A stretch of 64,000 nt of DNA from Candidatus Micrarchaeota archaeon (GCA_043821365.1 JBDRCX010000006.1:224988-288987), one strand, 5' to 3'. Positions 52,189 through 61,407 are shown, counted from the first letter of the stretch. Made by a program: numbers and translations. The notes: a model not told the origin generated them from the sequence alone.

Positions 52189-53373
52189 ATGGACATTATT
52201 GCTTTCCTTAACTATTCTATTGCGTTCTTTTCATTGTTCTCAGTTTGTGTTTTTTTATTACTTTATATAAAATACTGGAAAGATTATGACAAAAAACCAA
52301 CAAAACCAAAAAAAACACCAAAGGTCTCCATAGTGATTCCTGCGTATAACGAATCAGCATATCTAGCAGCATGTCTCAAAAGTGTGCTGTCAATAAACTA
52401 TCCTCAGAAGCTACTCGAAATACTTGTTATTGATGATGGTTCCACTGATGATACCTACAAAATAGCAAAATCATTTGAGTGTGGCAATCTTAAGGTTATA
52501 AAAAAACCAAACACTGGAAAAGGAGCATCATTAAATTTTGGTATAAAGAAAGCAACAGGAGAACTCATTGCAACTATGGATGCAGATTCCTACCCATCCA
52601 AAAACATCCTTTGGGAGCTCATACCATACTTTAATGACAAAAATGTTATGGCAGTTACTCCAGCCGTAAAAATAAAAGAAAGCAATTCTTGGCTGAAAGA
52701 ACTTCAACGCGTCGAGTATTTGATGATCCTATTTTCAAGAAAATTACTAAGTTTCATAGATAGTGTTCCAGTTACACCCGGTCCATTTAGTCTTTTCCGT
52801 GCTGTTGTTTTTGATAAAGTAGGCGGGTTTGATGAGCACAATCTTGTTGAAGATCAAGAAATAGCCCTAAGGATACAATCTCATAATTTCAAAATAAGGA
52901 GTTCAATGACTGCAGAGGTTTACACGGAACCCCCGGGTAGCATACCTGATTTGCTTCATCAGAGAGTACGATGGCAAAGAGGCGGTATAAGAAACTATTG
53001 GCAGTATAAGTTCTTGATCAAGCCAGAATATGGGGATTTTGGTATGTATTTTGTTCCAATGAATTTCCTTACATTGGGTGCATTTTTCCTTCTTGTTGGT
53101 TTATTGGTTTATTCTCTTTTCTCTTCACCCTATTATATACAATATATTTGGTTGGACACTCTTTCAATGGGAATAACATTATTTACGCTCATAGGAGTTT
53201 TTGTTATTCTAGTTTCAACGATTTTTCTTTATGTCGCTGTTACTAGTTTCAATACAGAAAAAGTCAAATTACGGTACATACTTTCATTCATAGTATTCTA
53301 TTGGTATTTGATGCTTGGTTACAATTTCATGTTTCTGATTAAAGAATTGAAGAATGAGGATTATTCTTGGTGA
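52189..53373 (+). CDS. Processive family-2 glycosyltransferase (NodC/PgaC/cellulose-synthase-like) with C-terminal TM bundle
   Basis: VSIVIPAYNE, VIDDGSTDDT, MDADS, LVEDQE, and QRVRWQRGG (QxxRW). One N-terminal and about 4 C-terminal TMs. Confidence 0.8.
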   Translation: MDIIAFLNYSIAFFSLFSVCVFLLLYIKYWKDYDKKPTKPKKTPKVSIVIPAYNESAYLAACLKSVLSINYPQKLLEILVIDDGSTDDTYKIAKSFECGNLKVIKKPNTGKGASLNFGIKKATGELIATMDADSYPSKNILWELIPYFNDKNVMAVTPAVKIKESNSWLKELQRVEYLMILFSRKLLSFIDSVPVTPGPFSLFRAVVFDKVGGFDEHNLVEDQEIALRIQSHNFKIRSSMTAEVYTEPPGSIPDLLHQRVRWQRGGIRNYWQYKFLIKPEYGDFGMYFVPMNFLTLGAFFLLVGLLVYSLFSSPYYIQYIWLDTLSMGITLFTLIGVFVILVSTIFLYVAVTSFNTEKVKLRYILSFIVFYWYLMLGYNFMFLIKELKNEDYSW

Positions 53374-53377
53374 GGTT

Positions 53378-54034
53378 ATGAAACGTAATTTGAGTACTCA
53401 TATATATGTGGTTGCTTTTGTAATCTCCATTCTTATCTTTGTTATTGGTGTGTATGTTGGGTCTGTTATTGATTCAACAAACCTGAACACCATTTCTAAT
53501 GAAGTGTCTAATGTTTCTGGCAGGGTTGCATCTCTACAACTTCTTCTTTTGAGTGAAGGAAACTCTACTTCATTTTGTCCTGTTTATATATCTGAATTAC
53601 AAAACTTGGACAATGAAATAGAAAATATCGGCTACCGGCTTAGTTTCTTAGAAGATGAAAAACAGATTTTTGACAATGAGTTAAAAAGAAAATACTTTGT
53701 TCTTGAAACAGAATCCTATCTTCTTTCTAAAAAACTCAAAGTCCTTTGTAAGGATGAAAGTATTTTACTAATTCATTTCTATTCAAACAAAAACTGTGGT
53801 ACAACCTGCACAGAACAAGGGGCTGCAATTTTACAAGCACGGGATCAGCTTGTCTCTGAAGGGTATGGGGTCAAACTCTTTTCCTTTGATGGTGAGTTGG
53901 ACAGTCTGGTTGCTGAAGCACTTGAAACTGAATATAACGTCACTATGTACCCAACAATAGTTATAAACGAAAAAACATACCTTGGTTTCCAGTCAGTTGA
54001 GCAGATTAAAAACATATCAAAGGCAGAAAAATGA
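53378..54034 (+). CDS. Membrane-anchored thioredoxin-fold-like protein (CGTTC)
   Basis: ATG 53378 is preceded by ggtgagg. TM IYVVAFVISILIFVIGVYVG. HFYSNKNCGTTCTEQ and a cis-Pro-like MYPTIVIN. Confidence 0.4.
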   Translation: MKRNLSTHIYVVAFVISILIFVIGVYVGSVIDSTNLNTISNEVSNVSGRVASLQLLLLSEGNSTSFCPVYISELQNLDNEIENIGYRLSFLEDEKQIFDNELKRKYFVLETESYLLSKKLKVLCKDESILLIHFYSNKNCGTTCTEQGAAILQARDQLVSEGYGVKLFSFDGELDSLVAEALETEYNVTMYPTIVINEKTYLGFQSVEQIKNISKAEK

Positions 54035-54279
54035 TTGTAGAAGTTTCTGTTGTTCCAAATTCGAAGAAATTCTCTATCCTAGTTAAAAATAAGCGAGTAA
54101 AAGTTGCTTTAAAAAATAAACCAGAAAACAATAGAGCAAATATTGAACTTGTAGCTGGTTTGTCAAACCTAATGGGGAAAGAAGTAAAACTCATATCTGG
54201 TCACAAGTCAAAAAACAAAAAACTTTCAATAAATATAACTGAATCTGAATGGTTGAATTTTTTGAAAACATTCTGTTAA
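54031..54279 (+). CDS. DUF167 (YggU-like) small protein
   Basis: VSVVPNSKKFSI...VALKNKPENNRANIELVAGLSNLMGKEVKLISGHKSKNK fits the DUF167 pattern (apP..GkAN..l..fL......v.i..G..sr.K). Confidence 0.6.
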   Translation: MIVEVSVVPNSKKFSILVKNKRVKVALKNKPENNRANIELVAGLSNLMGKEVKLISGHKSKNKKLSINITESEWLNFLKTFC

Positions 54280-54303
54280 TTATATTATTGTTCAATATTC
54301 TTC

Positions 54304-55218
54304 ATGGCATATGCTACTCCAATAAGAACTGAAGATTTGCCCCCCTATTATCCAACATTCACTGGCAGAGTTGTTTTTGTATCTGATACTGAATTTCAAA
54401 GACCAAATAAATTGATGGACGATATCATCCAAACAGTTCGATCTGGAGATACTCTTGTTTTTGTTGGAGATATTTTGACTCTTCCTCCTGGATCCAGCAC
54501 ATCTGCTCGAAAAGCATGGGATGTTGTTATTCCATTTTTTGAAAGATTAAAAGATATGGGGGTCCGTCCTATTGTAATTCTTGGAAATCATGATGGCCCA
54601 ATGCAAACTGCATCTGATGTTCTAAGCCCAGTTGTTGGTCAGTATTATGGTTCTGGCAGTGTTGAAAAAAGTTTTACTTTTATTAATGGCGATATGGCAT
54701 TCATTTGTTTGTCTGGTCGTACGCAACATGATCTTGACAGCAGTTATCTTAGGAGAACATTAGTTGATTTAGAAAGTAAAGGTCTGAAAAAAGTGACTAT
54801 TGTTTCCCACTATCCTATAGACCAAATAGGGAAAATGTCGTTATCTGGTCCAAGAATAGGAAGTTCACTATTAGAAGATAAAAAACTCTATGAAATATTG
54901 TCTGACTTTTCCTCAAGATTGGATCTCACGGTGCTTGGTGGTCATCAACATGTTGCATTTTCAGGAGATTATATTTCTAGTGACAGTTTAATCAAAGTTA
55001 GAGATATTCATCTTCCATCGCCAAAAATTGCATATCGTTATCCTAATGGTTCAAGGTCACAAAAAGGATATGCTGTTTTTAGTAGAATGCAATTCTCTCT
55101 TCTTTCGCTTTCTGGCGAACCATTAATCACACCCTCACAAATAAAAGGTACAAAAGGAACATTTAAGTCTGATGATATGGTTGTAAAGACAGAAAAACCA
55201 AATTTAAGACTTAATTAA
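54304..55218 (+). CDS. Calcineurin-like metallophosphoesterase
   Basis: VFVSDTE (motif I, with Glu where His is usual), FVGDIL, ILGNHDG, GGHQHV. Confidence 0.6.
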   Translation: MAYATPIRTEDLPPYYPTFTGRVVFVSDTEFQRPNKLMDDIIQTVRSGDTLVFVGDILTLPPGSSTSARKAWDVVIPFFERLKDMGVRPIVILGNHDGPMQTASDVLSPVVGQYYGSGSVEKSFTFINGDMAFICLSGRTQHDLDSSYLRRTLVDLESKGLKKVTIVSHYPIDQIGKMSLSGPRIGSSLLEDKKLYEILSDFSSRLDLTVLGGHQHVAFSGDYISSDSLIKVRDIHLPSPKIAYRYPNGSRSQKGYAVFSRMQFSLLSLSGEPLITPSQIKGTKGTFKSDDMVVKTEKPNLRLN

Positions 55219-55258
55219 CCTTATATATTTATTCTACGCGTTTATTATAGGTGAACAA

Positions 55259-55822
55259 ATGGCACTTGAATTAATCATTGCAGCAGGTTGTATATTGGGT
55301 GTTGGTTTACTTTTGCTACTTTACGTGGTAATGACCTACAATCGCCTTATATCCCTTAGAAATAGAGTAGAAAATGCATGGGCACAGATAGATGTGCAAC
55401 TAAAAAGAAGGTATGATCTAATTCCAAATCTTATTGAGACTGTTAAGGGTTATATGAAGCATGAAAAAAGTACATTTGAAACAATTACAAAATATCGTTC
55501 ACAACTTATAACTGGTACTCCAGAAGAGAAAGTAAAGGCAAATAATATGCTTACACAGGCACTAAAATCAGTTTTTGCAGTTGCTGAAAACTATCCCAAA
55601 TTAGAGGCTAGCCAGAATTTTAGGATGCTTCAGGAAGAACTTGCAGGTACGGAAAACAAAATTTCATACATAAGAACTGCCTACAATGATTCTGTTCTTG
55701 AATATGACAATGCACTCCAGATGTTTCCAAGCAATATAATTGCAGGTATGTTGGGATTCAAAGACAAAGAATATTTGGAAGTGCCTGAAGAAGAAAAGAA
55801 AAATGTAAAAGTGCAATTTTAG
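55259..55822 (+). CDS. lemA: LemA family protein
   Basis: N-terminal TM, then [32 protein letters not shown] and [13 protein letters not shown]. Confidence 0.8.
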   Translation: MALELIIAAGCILGVGLLLLLYVVMTYNRLISLRNRVENAWAQIDVQLKRRYDLIPNLIETVKGYMKHEKSTFETITKYRSQLITGTPEEKVKANNMLTQALKSVFAVAENYPKLEASQNFRMLQEELAGTENKISYIRTAYNDSVLEYDNALQMFPSNIIAGMLGFKDKEYLEVPEEEKKNVKVQF

Positions 55823-55830
55823 TTTTTTCG

Positions 55831-55847
55831 AAGGGGGGTAGCCCCTT
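55831..55847 (+). terminator. GC hairpin aagggg-ggtag-cccctt just after lemA (candidate terminator)
   Basis: 6-bp stem. Preceded by ttttagttttttc right after the lemA stop. Confidence 0.4.
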
Positions 55848-55881
55848 TGGAACCTCCCGTCTATAACTATGAATTGGAGTC

Positions 55882-55899
55882 TGAGGGGATTGCCCCTCA
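55882..55899 (+). promoter_or_regulatory. Second GC hairpin tgagggg-attg-cccctca in the htpX leader
   Basis: 7-bp stem, 12 nt upstream of the htpX ATG at 55911. Same GGGG-N-GCCCC core as hairpin 1. Confidence 0.35.
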
Positions 55900-55910
55900 A
55901 GTGGATAAAA

Positions 55911-56789
55911 ATGGCAAAAATAAGTTTCTTTGATGCAGCAGATCAGAATAAGCGCAATTCACTTATCTTAGTTGCTGGGATGGTTCTTGTTTTTTTAGCC
56001 GTGATATTTGCTCTTTCCTATTTTTTACGGCTTGGTATCTGCGGTCCAATTATAGGATTATTTGCACTTCTTATATACGGTGTTGTTGTTTACTATCAAG
56101 GTGATTCAATGATACTTGCAATGTCTGGTGCAAAAGAAGCTAAAAAAACAGATTATCCATTTCTATATAATGTCGTTGAAGGGTTAACAATTGCATCAAA
56201 CATTCCAATGCCTAAAGTATACGTCATAAATGATCCAAGTCCAAATGCATTTGCAATCGGTAGAGATCCAAAACATTCTTCAGTAGCAGTAACAACTGGT
56301 CTTCTGTCAATTCTCAAGAGAGAAGAATTAGAAGGAGTAATAGCCCACGAAGTTTCCCATATTGCAAACTATGATATTAGGTTTGCTATGCTTGCGATTG
56401 TTTTTGTTGGCGCAATAGCGTTGATTGGTGAATTTGCCTGGCGTGCAGCTATCTTTGGTGGTAGGGACAGGCGAGGTGGCGGCGGTGCTTTTGTACTCAT
56501 TGGGTTGGTTTTCGTTATTCTTGCACCAATATTTGTACAATTACTCAGATTTGCTTTATCTCGCGAAAGGGAATTCCTAGCTGATGCAAATGGTGCAAAA
56601 CTTACAAGATATCCAGAAGGGTTAGCAAGTGCACTTGAAAAAATCAAAAAAGCCCATCTCCCTACAAAAACAGCAAATGATACCACTGCCTCATTATTCT
56701 TTTCAAACCCATTTCCAGATAAAATTGGATTTTTAGGTTCAACTCATCCTAAGATCGAAGACAGAATAAAGAGATTAAGAAGCATGTGA
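55911..56789 (+). CDS. htpX: Zinc metalloprotease HtpX (M48)
   Basis: HEVSHIANYD (HExxH), N-terminal FFDAADQNKRNS plus TM pairs, later EREFLADANGA. Start set to ATG 55911. Confidence 0.85.
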   Translation: MAKISFFDAADQNKRNSLILVAGMVLVFLAVIFALSYFLRLGICGPIIGLFALLIYGVVVYYQGDSMILAMSGAKEAKKTDYPFLYNVVEGLTIASNIPMPKVYVINDPSPNAFAIGRDPKHSSVAVTTGLLSILKREELEGVIAHEVSHIANYDIRFAMLAIVFVGAIALIGEFAWRAAIFGGRDRRGGGGAFVLIGLVFVILAPIFVQLLRFALSREREFLADANGAKLTRYPEGLASALEKIKKAHLPTKTANDTTASLFFSNPFPDKIGFLGSTHPKIEDRIKRLRSM

Positions 56790-56919
56790 TATTCTTTTGG
56801 TGAGATCTACTTTCAAAACCAACGAGTGCTGGCGAATGCATTGACCAAACCAAAACAATATAAATAGCTCGTGAGTAATCTGAATGAATTCTATTTAGGT
56901 AAATTGATGAGGTGAATTT

Positions 56920-57633
56920 ATGTACGGAGTTTCCCCCCAAGCATATGATCGAGCAATTACGGTGTTTAGTCCGGATGGAAGATTATTCCAGGTTGAATAC
57001 GCAAAAGAAGCAGTGAAAAGAGGAGCAACTGCAATAGGTATAACATCAAAGGATGGAGTTGCATTAGTTGCATTCAAATCAATTCATTCTGCGCTAGTTG
57101 TGCCAGAATCACTGAAGAAAGTTTTTGAAATCGATAGTCATATTGTTGTAACAGCGTCAGGGTTAATTGCAGATGCTAGAAGACTTGTTGAAGTTGCACG
57201 TGTTGATTCACAAAGACATAGGATAACTTACAACGAAGCACCAAGTGTTGATTCTATCGCAAGAAGTGCCTGTGATCTTATGCAGGTTTACACCCAATAT
57301 GGTGGGATTAGACCATTTGGAGTTTCTCTTTTGATTGCAGGTGTTGATGATCAAGGACCAAAACTCTTTGAAGCTGAACCAAGTGGTGCTATGACTGCAT
57401 ATACGGCAGACTCCATAGGTGCAAACAAAAAAGAAGTAGATGAGTACCTTGAGTCTAAATATAGTGCAAAAATGACTTTGGACGACTCAATAAAACTATG
57501 TGTTGATGCTTTACGAAAAACACAAGAAGCAAAACTTCTCCAGGAAAACGTTGAAATTTCATATGTGACAACAAAGACGAAGAAATGTGTTTCATTACCA
57601 GATAAAGACGTTGGCAAATATTTGAAACCTTAA
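56920..57633 (+). CDS. psmA: Proteasome alpha subunit
   Basis: YDRAITVFSPDGRLFQVEYA signature. SD gaggtga upstream, and TATA-like aatataaata about 50 nt upstream. Confidence 0.9.
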   Translation: MYGVSPQAYDRAITVFSPDGRLFQVEYAKEAVKRGATAIGITSKDGVALVAFKSIHSALVVPESLKKVFEIDSHIVVTASGLIADARRLVEVARVDSQRHRITYNEAPSVDSIARSACDLMQVYTQYGGIRPFGVSLLIAGVDDQGPKLFEAEPSGAMTAYTADSIGANKKEVDEYLESKYSAKMTLDDSIKLCVDALRKTQEAKLLQENVEISYVTTKTKKCVSLPDKDVGKYLKP

Positions 57634-57645
57634 TTTTTTTCTAAT

Positions 57646-58320
57646 TTATTTTACTACAGTCCCACTATGAACTTCGCCATTAATCGCCTTCTCAACATCA
57701 TCTAAATTTTTCCCACTTACAAAATGCGTTTCAATTTTCGATCTTGCAATAAGTTTACAGGCAAGCAAATCAAATACAAAATTAGTTCCTGCAGTTCTTC
57801 TATCACTTTTCACAGCAAGATCAATAAGCTCATCATAAGTCATTTTATCGAATTTTTTTGCATCCAGATTTTCTTTTGGATTAGAATCATAAATTCCTGC
57901 AGTATTGCTTATATTTATCAATCTCCTCGATCTCAGAGCTTCAGCCAAAAGTACAGAATCAGTATCCGTAGTTACTCCTGGTATGGTTCCCCCCATCACA
58001 ATTACTTTTGCGTCTGCTTCTTTCCGTGCTTTTTTGAAATCTTTGATTGTTTTTGGGTAAGCCATATCTTCAAAAATATCTGCAACTGTTTGGGCATTCT
58101 TCCAGGTGATTTTTATTGCTGCTTCATCACATTCAAATTCGCTTTTACCTTTATCACGCATTTTTCTTGCCACTTTCCTTGCTCCAAATCCGCCACCAAC
58201 AACTATGCCGAATTTGTTCTCATTCCTAGAAATTATCTCTTTTATTCTAAGTACATAATCTCTATCTGTTCCTTTTTCTGTATTTACTAGGCTACCACCC
58301 AAAGATAAGACAATGTGCAT
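57646..58320 (-). CDS. pyrH: UMP kinase, archaeal type
   Basis: MHIVLSLGGSLV, VVGGGFGARK, GTTDTDSVLLA. Confidence 0.85.
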   Translation of the reverse strand: MHIVLSLGGSLVNTEKGTDRDYVLRIKEIISRNENKFGIVVGGGFGARKVARKMRDKGKSEFECDEAAIKITWKNAQTVADIFEDMAYPKTIKDFKKARKEADAKVIVMGGTIPGVTTDTDSVLLAEALRSRRLINISNTAGIYDSNPKENLDAKKFDKMTYDELIDLAVKSDRRTAGTNFVFDLLACKLIARSKIETHFVSGKNLDDVEKAINGEVHSGTVVK

Positions 58321-58326
58321 ATCTAC

Positions 58327-58947
58327 CTATCTTCCTGAGGATTTAAATTTTCTTCTCTTAGTTTTTTTCGAACTATGTTTTTTTCTTATGGGTCTTTTCT
58401 TTTCTGGTTTTTTGATGAGGTTCAAAAATCCAAAAACCACGCATGAAACCAAATACCCTTCAATGAGTAGAAGGGTGGCACTTATTATTATTGCAAGAAC
58501 AGATGCCGGTCTATACTGATTGTTAGTACTTATAGCGCAATCATAGCTTTTTTCTGTCATATAATGCTCACAAAAAGGAGTATTCATATATTCACAAGGA
58601 ACTGGAAGAAAGGGGTCAATCAGTAGCATTAATTCGGTTAACTCTTTATCATTCCAATACCCGCTCATTTCAATTGCTCGTTCTATTGCTAGTTCGAACC
58701 GATGCTTTGTTTGTTCCTCAATAGTAACATCTCCATAGGCTATAGTGCCTGATTCAATTTCATGGCAAAACTTATTATCCATCATTAGTTCTACTGCCAT
58801 TGCATACTCTTTTACATCGCACATATAACTATCCTGCAACGAACCAAATACGTAGAAATCATTCAAAACAAAGACAAATGTTATTAGCATTATTGTTGGT
58901 AAGATGAATTTTCTCAACTCTGATTTTAAAAAATCCATATTTCTCAA
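58327..58947 (-). CDS. Hypothetical membrane protein with Cys-containing ectodomain and highly basic tail
   Basis: N-terminal TM (FILPTIMLITFVFVL), C-terminal TMs, and tail KKPEKKRPIRKKHSSKKTKRRKFKSSGR. Confidence 0.4.
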   Translation of the reverse strand: MRNMDFLKSELRKFILPTIMLITFVFVLNDFYVFGSLQDSYMCDVKEYAMAVELMMDNKFCHEIESGTIAYGDVTIEEQTKHRFELAIERAIEMSGYWNDKELTELMLLIDPFLPVPCEYMNTPFCEHYMTEKSYDCAISTNNQYRPASVLAIIISATLLLIEGYLVSCVVFGFLNLIKKPEKKRPIRKKHSSKKTKRRKFKSSGR

Positions 58948-58988
58948 GTCTCATTAACCATTTAAATTTTTTCCCCTAAGTCTAACAT

Positions 58989-60767
58989 ATGAGATCTTTA
59001 CTGGTTTTGGCGTTAATCGTCTTTTTATTCGGATTTGGATGTTTAATTCCTGGTATGTGCGGGGGAGCTGTTTGTGGAAGTGATTGGCAAACTTATGGTG
59101 ATAAATGCCAAGCAGAAGCAGCAGGTGTTACTGTTCTAAAAGATGGCCAGTGCGGTCAAAAATGTACTGACAGTGATGGTGGAGATAGCCCAATTGTGTT
59201 TGGTACAGCCCAGTACAAAGGACTTTCCTATAATGATTATTGCCAGGGAAGTAAAATAGTGGAATATTCATGTAGAAACAATGAGTTACAAAGCCAAACA
59301 TCTGATTGCCCGAGTGGAACTTGTGAAAATGGAGCGTGTTCTACTGCATCATGTACTGACAGTGATGGTGGTAAAGATCAATATACCAAAGGAACAGCAT
59401 CAGAAGGTACAAATTATACAGATTCTTGCGTTGCATTGAACAAAGTACAAGAATATTATTGTTCTACTAATGGTGTACTTTCTGAAATCATCACATGTTC
59501 ATCAGGCTTTGAATGCTCTGATGGTGCATGTCTTTCATTAACTTGTTCTGATACTGAAACCGGACATGGTGAATATGTTGCAGGAACCGTAACAAAAGGA
59601 AGCATGGATTATACAGACTATTGTATTGATACCACACAAATCAATGAATTCTATTGTAACAACGGAGTGGTTGTTTCTGCCACTCTAACCTGTCCGTCAG
59701 GATATAACTGCGATTCAGGGACATGTGTTAGCGTAGGCTGTTCTGATGATGATGGTGGCTCAAATAAGTATTCAAAAGGAACAACAACAAAAGGAGACAC
59801 AACTTATACTGATTATTGTACGAGTTCAAGTGAAGTAAAAGAGTACTATTGTTCTTGGGGTGACATATATTCAAGTACATTAAGTTGTTCTTCAGGATAT
59901 TCATGTTCTGATGGTGCATGTATTTCAGGTGATTCATGTGATGATTCTGATGGTGGTAAAGACAGATATGAAGAAGGTACCACCACGAAAGGAGAAGATG
60001 AATACACAGACACATGTAAAGATAGCGACACAGTAAAAGAATATTTCTGTGATAATGACGATCTGATTGACTATACAAATCTAGACTGTCCATCTGGTTA
60101 TGAGTGTGACGATGGTGAATGTGTTGTGACTGGTGGAACTCCAACGAGCTGTTCTGATACTGATGGCCAAGATTATGAAACTGTTGGATCTACAAGTGAT
60201 TCAACTGGTGCATCTGGCACAGATAATTGTATCGACGATACTCATGTCAGAGAGTATTTCTGTGATAATAATTTACTAGATTCAGAATCTTATGATTGTA
60301 GTGCAGATTCTGCAGTTTGTGATGGTGGCAGGTGCGTTCCAATATCATGTACTGACACTGATGGTGGAGAAACATACTTTACATTCGGTACAGTGACATT
60401 TAGTTATGATGGTGTAGACACAGATTATGATGACGTTTGTACTGGGCCATTGACATTACGTGAATACTACTGTGATGAGTATGATGTAATGAACTCAACC
60501 CAATCATGTTTATTTGGGTGTTCTGGAGGCGAATGCCAATCAATCTCTATTCCAACTTGTTCTGATACTGACGGTGGGGATATGCCATATACATTTGGTA
60601 CAACAACCTACAGTTATGGTGGCAGCGATACAGATTATGACGACGTTTGTATTAGTCCGGCTACAGTACGTGAATATTACTGTAATGGTTTTATGGTAAT
60701 GAACACCACCCACACATGTATAAATCTGTGTACTGGAGGAAAATGTAATCCTCTCGTAATACCATAA
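58989..60767 (+). CDS. Secreted Cys-rich repeat protein: Kazal-like N-terminal motif plus 8 tandem six-Cys CxDxDGG modules
   Basis: Signal MRSLLVLALIVFLFGFGC. VCGSDWQTYGDKCQAEAAGVTVLKDGQC. Then 8 units of about 62-70 aa: C[TSD]D[ST][DE][GT]G...Y..GT...G..Y.D.C......v.EY.C.......s..C..G..C..G.C. Confidence 0.7.
   Translation: MRSLLVLALIVFLFGFGCLIPGMCGGAVCGSDWQTYGDKCQAEAAGVTVLKDGQCGQKCTDSDGGDSPIVFGTAQYKGLSYNDYCQGSKIVEYSCRNNELQSQTSDCPSGTCENGACSTASCTDSDGGKDQYTKGTASEGTNYTDSCVALNKVQEYYCSTNGVLSEIITCSSGFECSDGACLSLTCSDTETGHGEYVAGTVTKGSMDYTDYCIDTTQINEFYCNNGVVVSATLTCPSGYNCDSGTCVSVGCSDDDGGSNKYSKGTTTKGDTTYTDYCTSSSEVKEYYCSWGDIYSSTLSCSSGYSCSDGACISGDSCDDSDGGKDRYEEGTTTKGEDEYTDTCKDSDTVKEYFCDNDDLIDYTNLDCPSGYECDDGECVVTGGTPTSCSDTDGQDYETVGSTSDSTGASGTDNCIDDTHVREYFCDNNLLDSESYDCSADSAVCDGGRCVPISCTDTDGGETYFTFGTVTFSYDGVDTDYDDVCTGPLTLREYYCDEYDVMNSTQSCLFGCSGGECQSISIPTCSDTDGGDMPYTFGTTTYSYGGSDTDYDDVCISPATVREYYCNGFMVMNTTHTCINLCTGGKCNPLVIP
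59163..60764 (+). repeat. Tandem coding repeat array (8 units, about 190-210 nt each)
   Basis: Units start at successive tgt(a/t)c(t/c)ga(c/t)(a/g)... codons encoding C[TSD]D[STD][DE]. The last two units are the most similar at the DNA level. Confidence 0.75.
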
Positions 60768-60798
60768 CCTTTTATCCACTTTCTTTTATTTTCTATTT

Positions 60799-61350
60799 AT
60801 GACATTACACGACAGTATAGTTGAAATAAACAAAAATCTTTCTTCTAAAGAAGAACAATTGGATAAAATTATGGCGCACAACCGCCAAATAATTCGTTCT
60901 TGTTCAAATGCAATTAAAGCAATGCATTCTGGCGAACTACCAAAAGCAAAAGAATATCTGGCGGAGGCAAAAAAAGGACTTGCAAATGTTCTAGAATGTC
61001 AGACTAATTATCAACACCACATGAACCATATTCTTCAAGAGTATACTGAAGCGTGTGTTGTTTTATCTGCAATCGAATCAAAAACAATTCCTGGACAAAA
61101 AGAATTAGGTGTTCCTGATCTTCCATATTTGCTTGGTCTATTGGATACTGTTGGCGAATTAAAAAGAGAGATGTATGAATGTTTACGACAGAAAAACAAA
61201 AAAGAGGCAGAAGAATATTTCAAGCTCATGGAACAAATTTATGATGAACTTCTTTGTCTTAGGTTTTCAAATGCCGTACTTCCTGAGTTCAGACATAAAC
61301 AGGACTCTGCCAGACATCAGATAGAACAGGCCAGGGGAGAGTTAATATAG
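60799..61350 (+). CDS. Translin-family protein (archaeal translin-like nucleic-acid-binding protein)
   Basis: All-helical, 183 aa. LPYLLGLLDTVGELKRE matches the translin/TRAX motif dYllGl.DltGEl.R. Confidence 0.6.
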   Translation: MTLHDSIVEINKNLSSKEEQLDKIMAHNRQIIRSCSNAIKAMHSGELPKAKEYLAEAKKGLANVLECQTNYQHHMNHILQEYTEACVVLSAIESKTIPGQKELGVPDLPYLLGLLDTVGELKREMYECLRQKNKKEAEEYFKLMEQIYDELLCLRFSNAVLPEFRHKQDSARHQIEQARGELI

Positions 61351-61407
61351 TTATAGTTTATATCTAAAAGCGGTAGGTTTAAATAATCCTCAAATCAATT
61401 AATTCTT

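Noticed and set aside
57724-58290. 188-aa plus-strand ORF covering almost all of pyrH.
   Set aside because: It is the shadow frame of a well-supported UMP kinase gene. The Phe/Ile/Cys/Ser-rich translation has no domain signature.
59728-60144. 138-aa His/Leu/Asn-rich minus-strand ORF inside the Cys-repeat gene.
   Set aside because: It is a reverse-complement artefact of the repeated tgt/gat/ggt-rich coding repeats. The sense frame has periodic conserved Cys.
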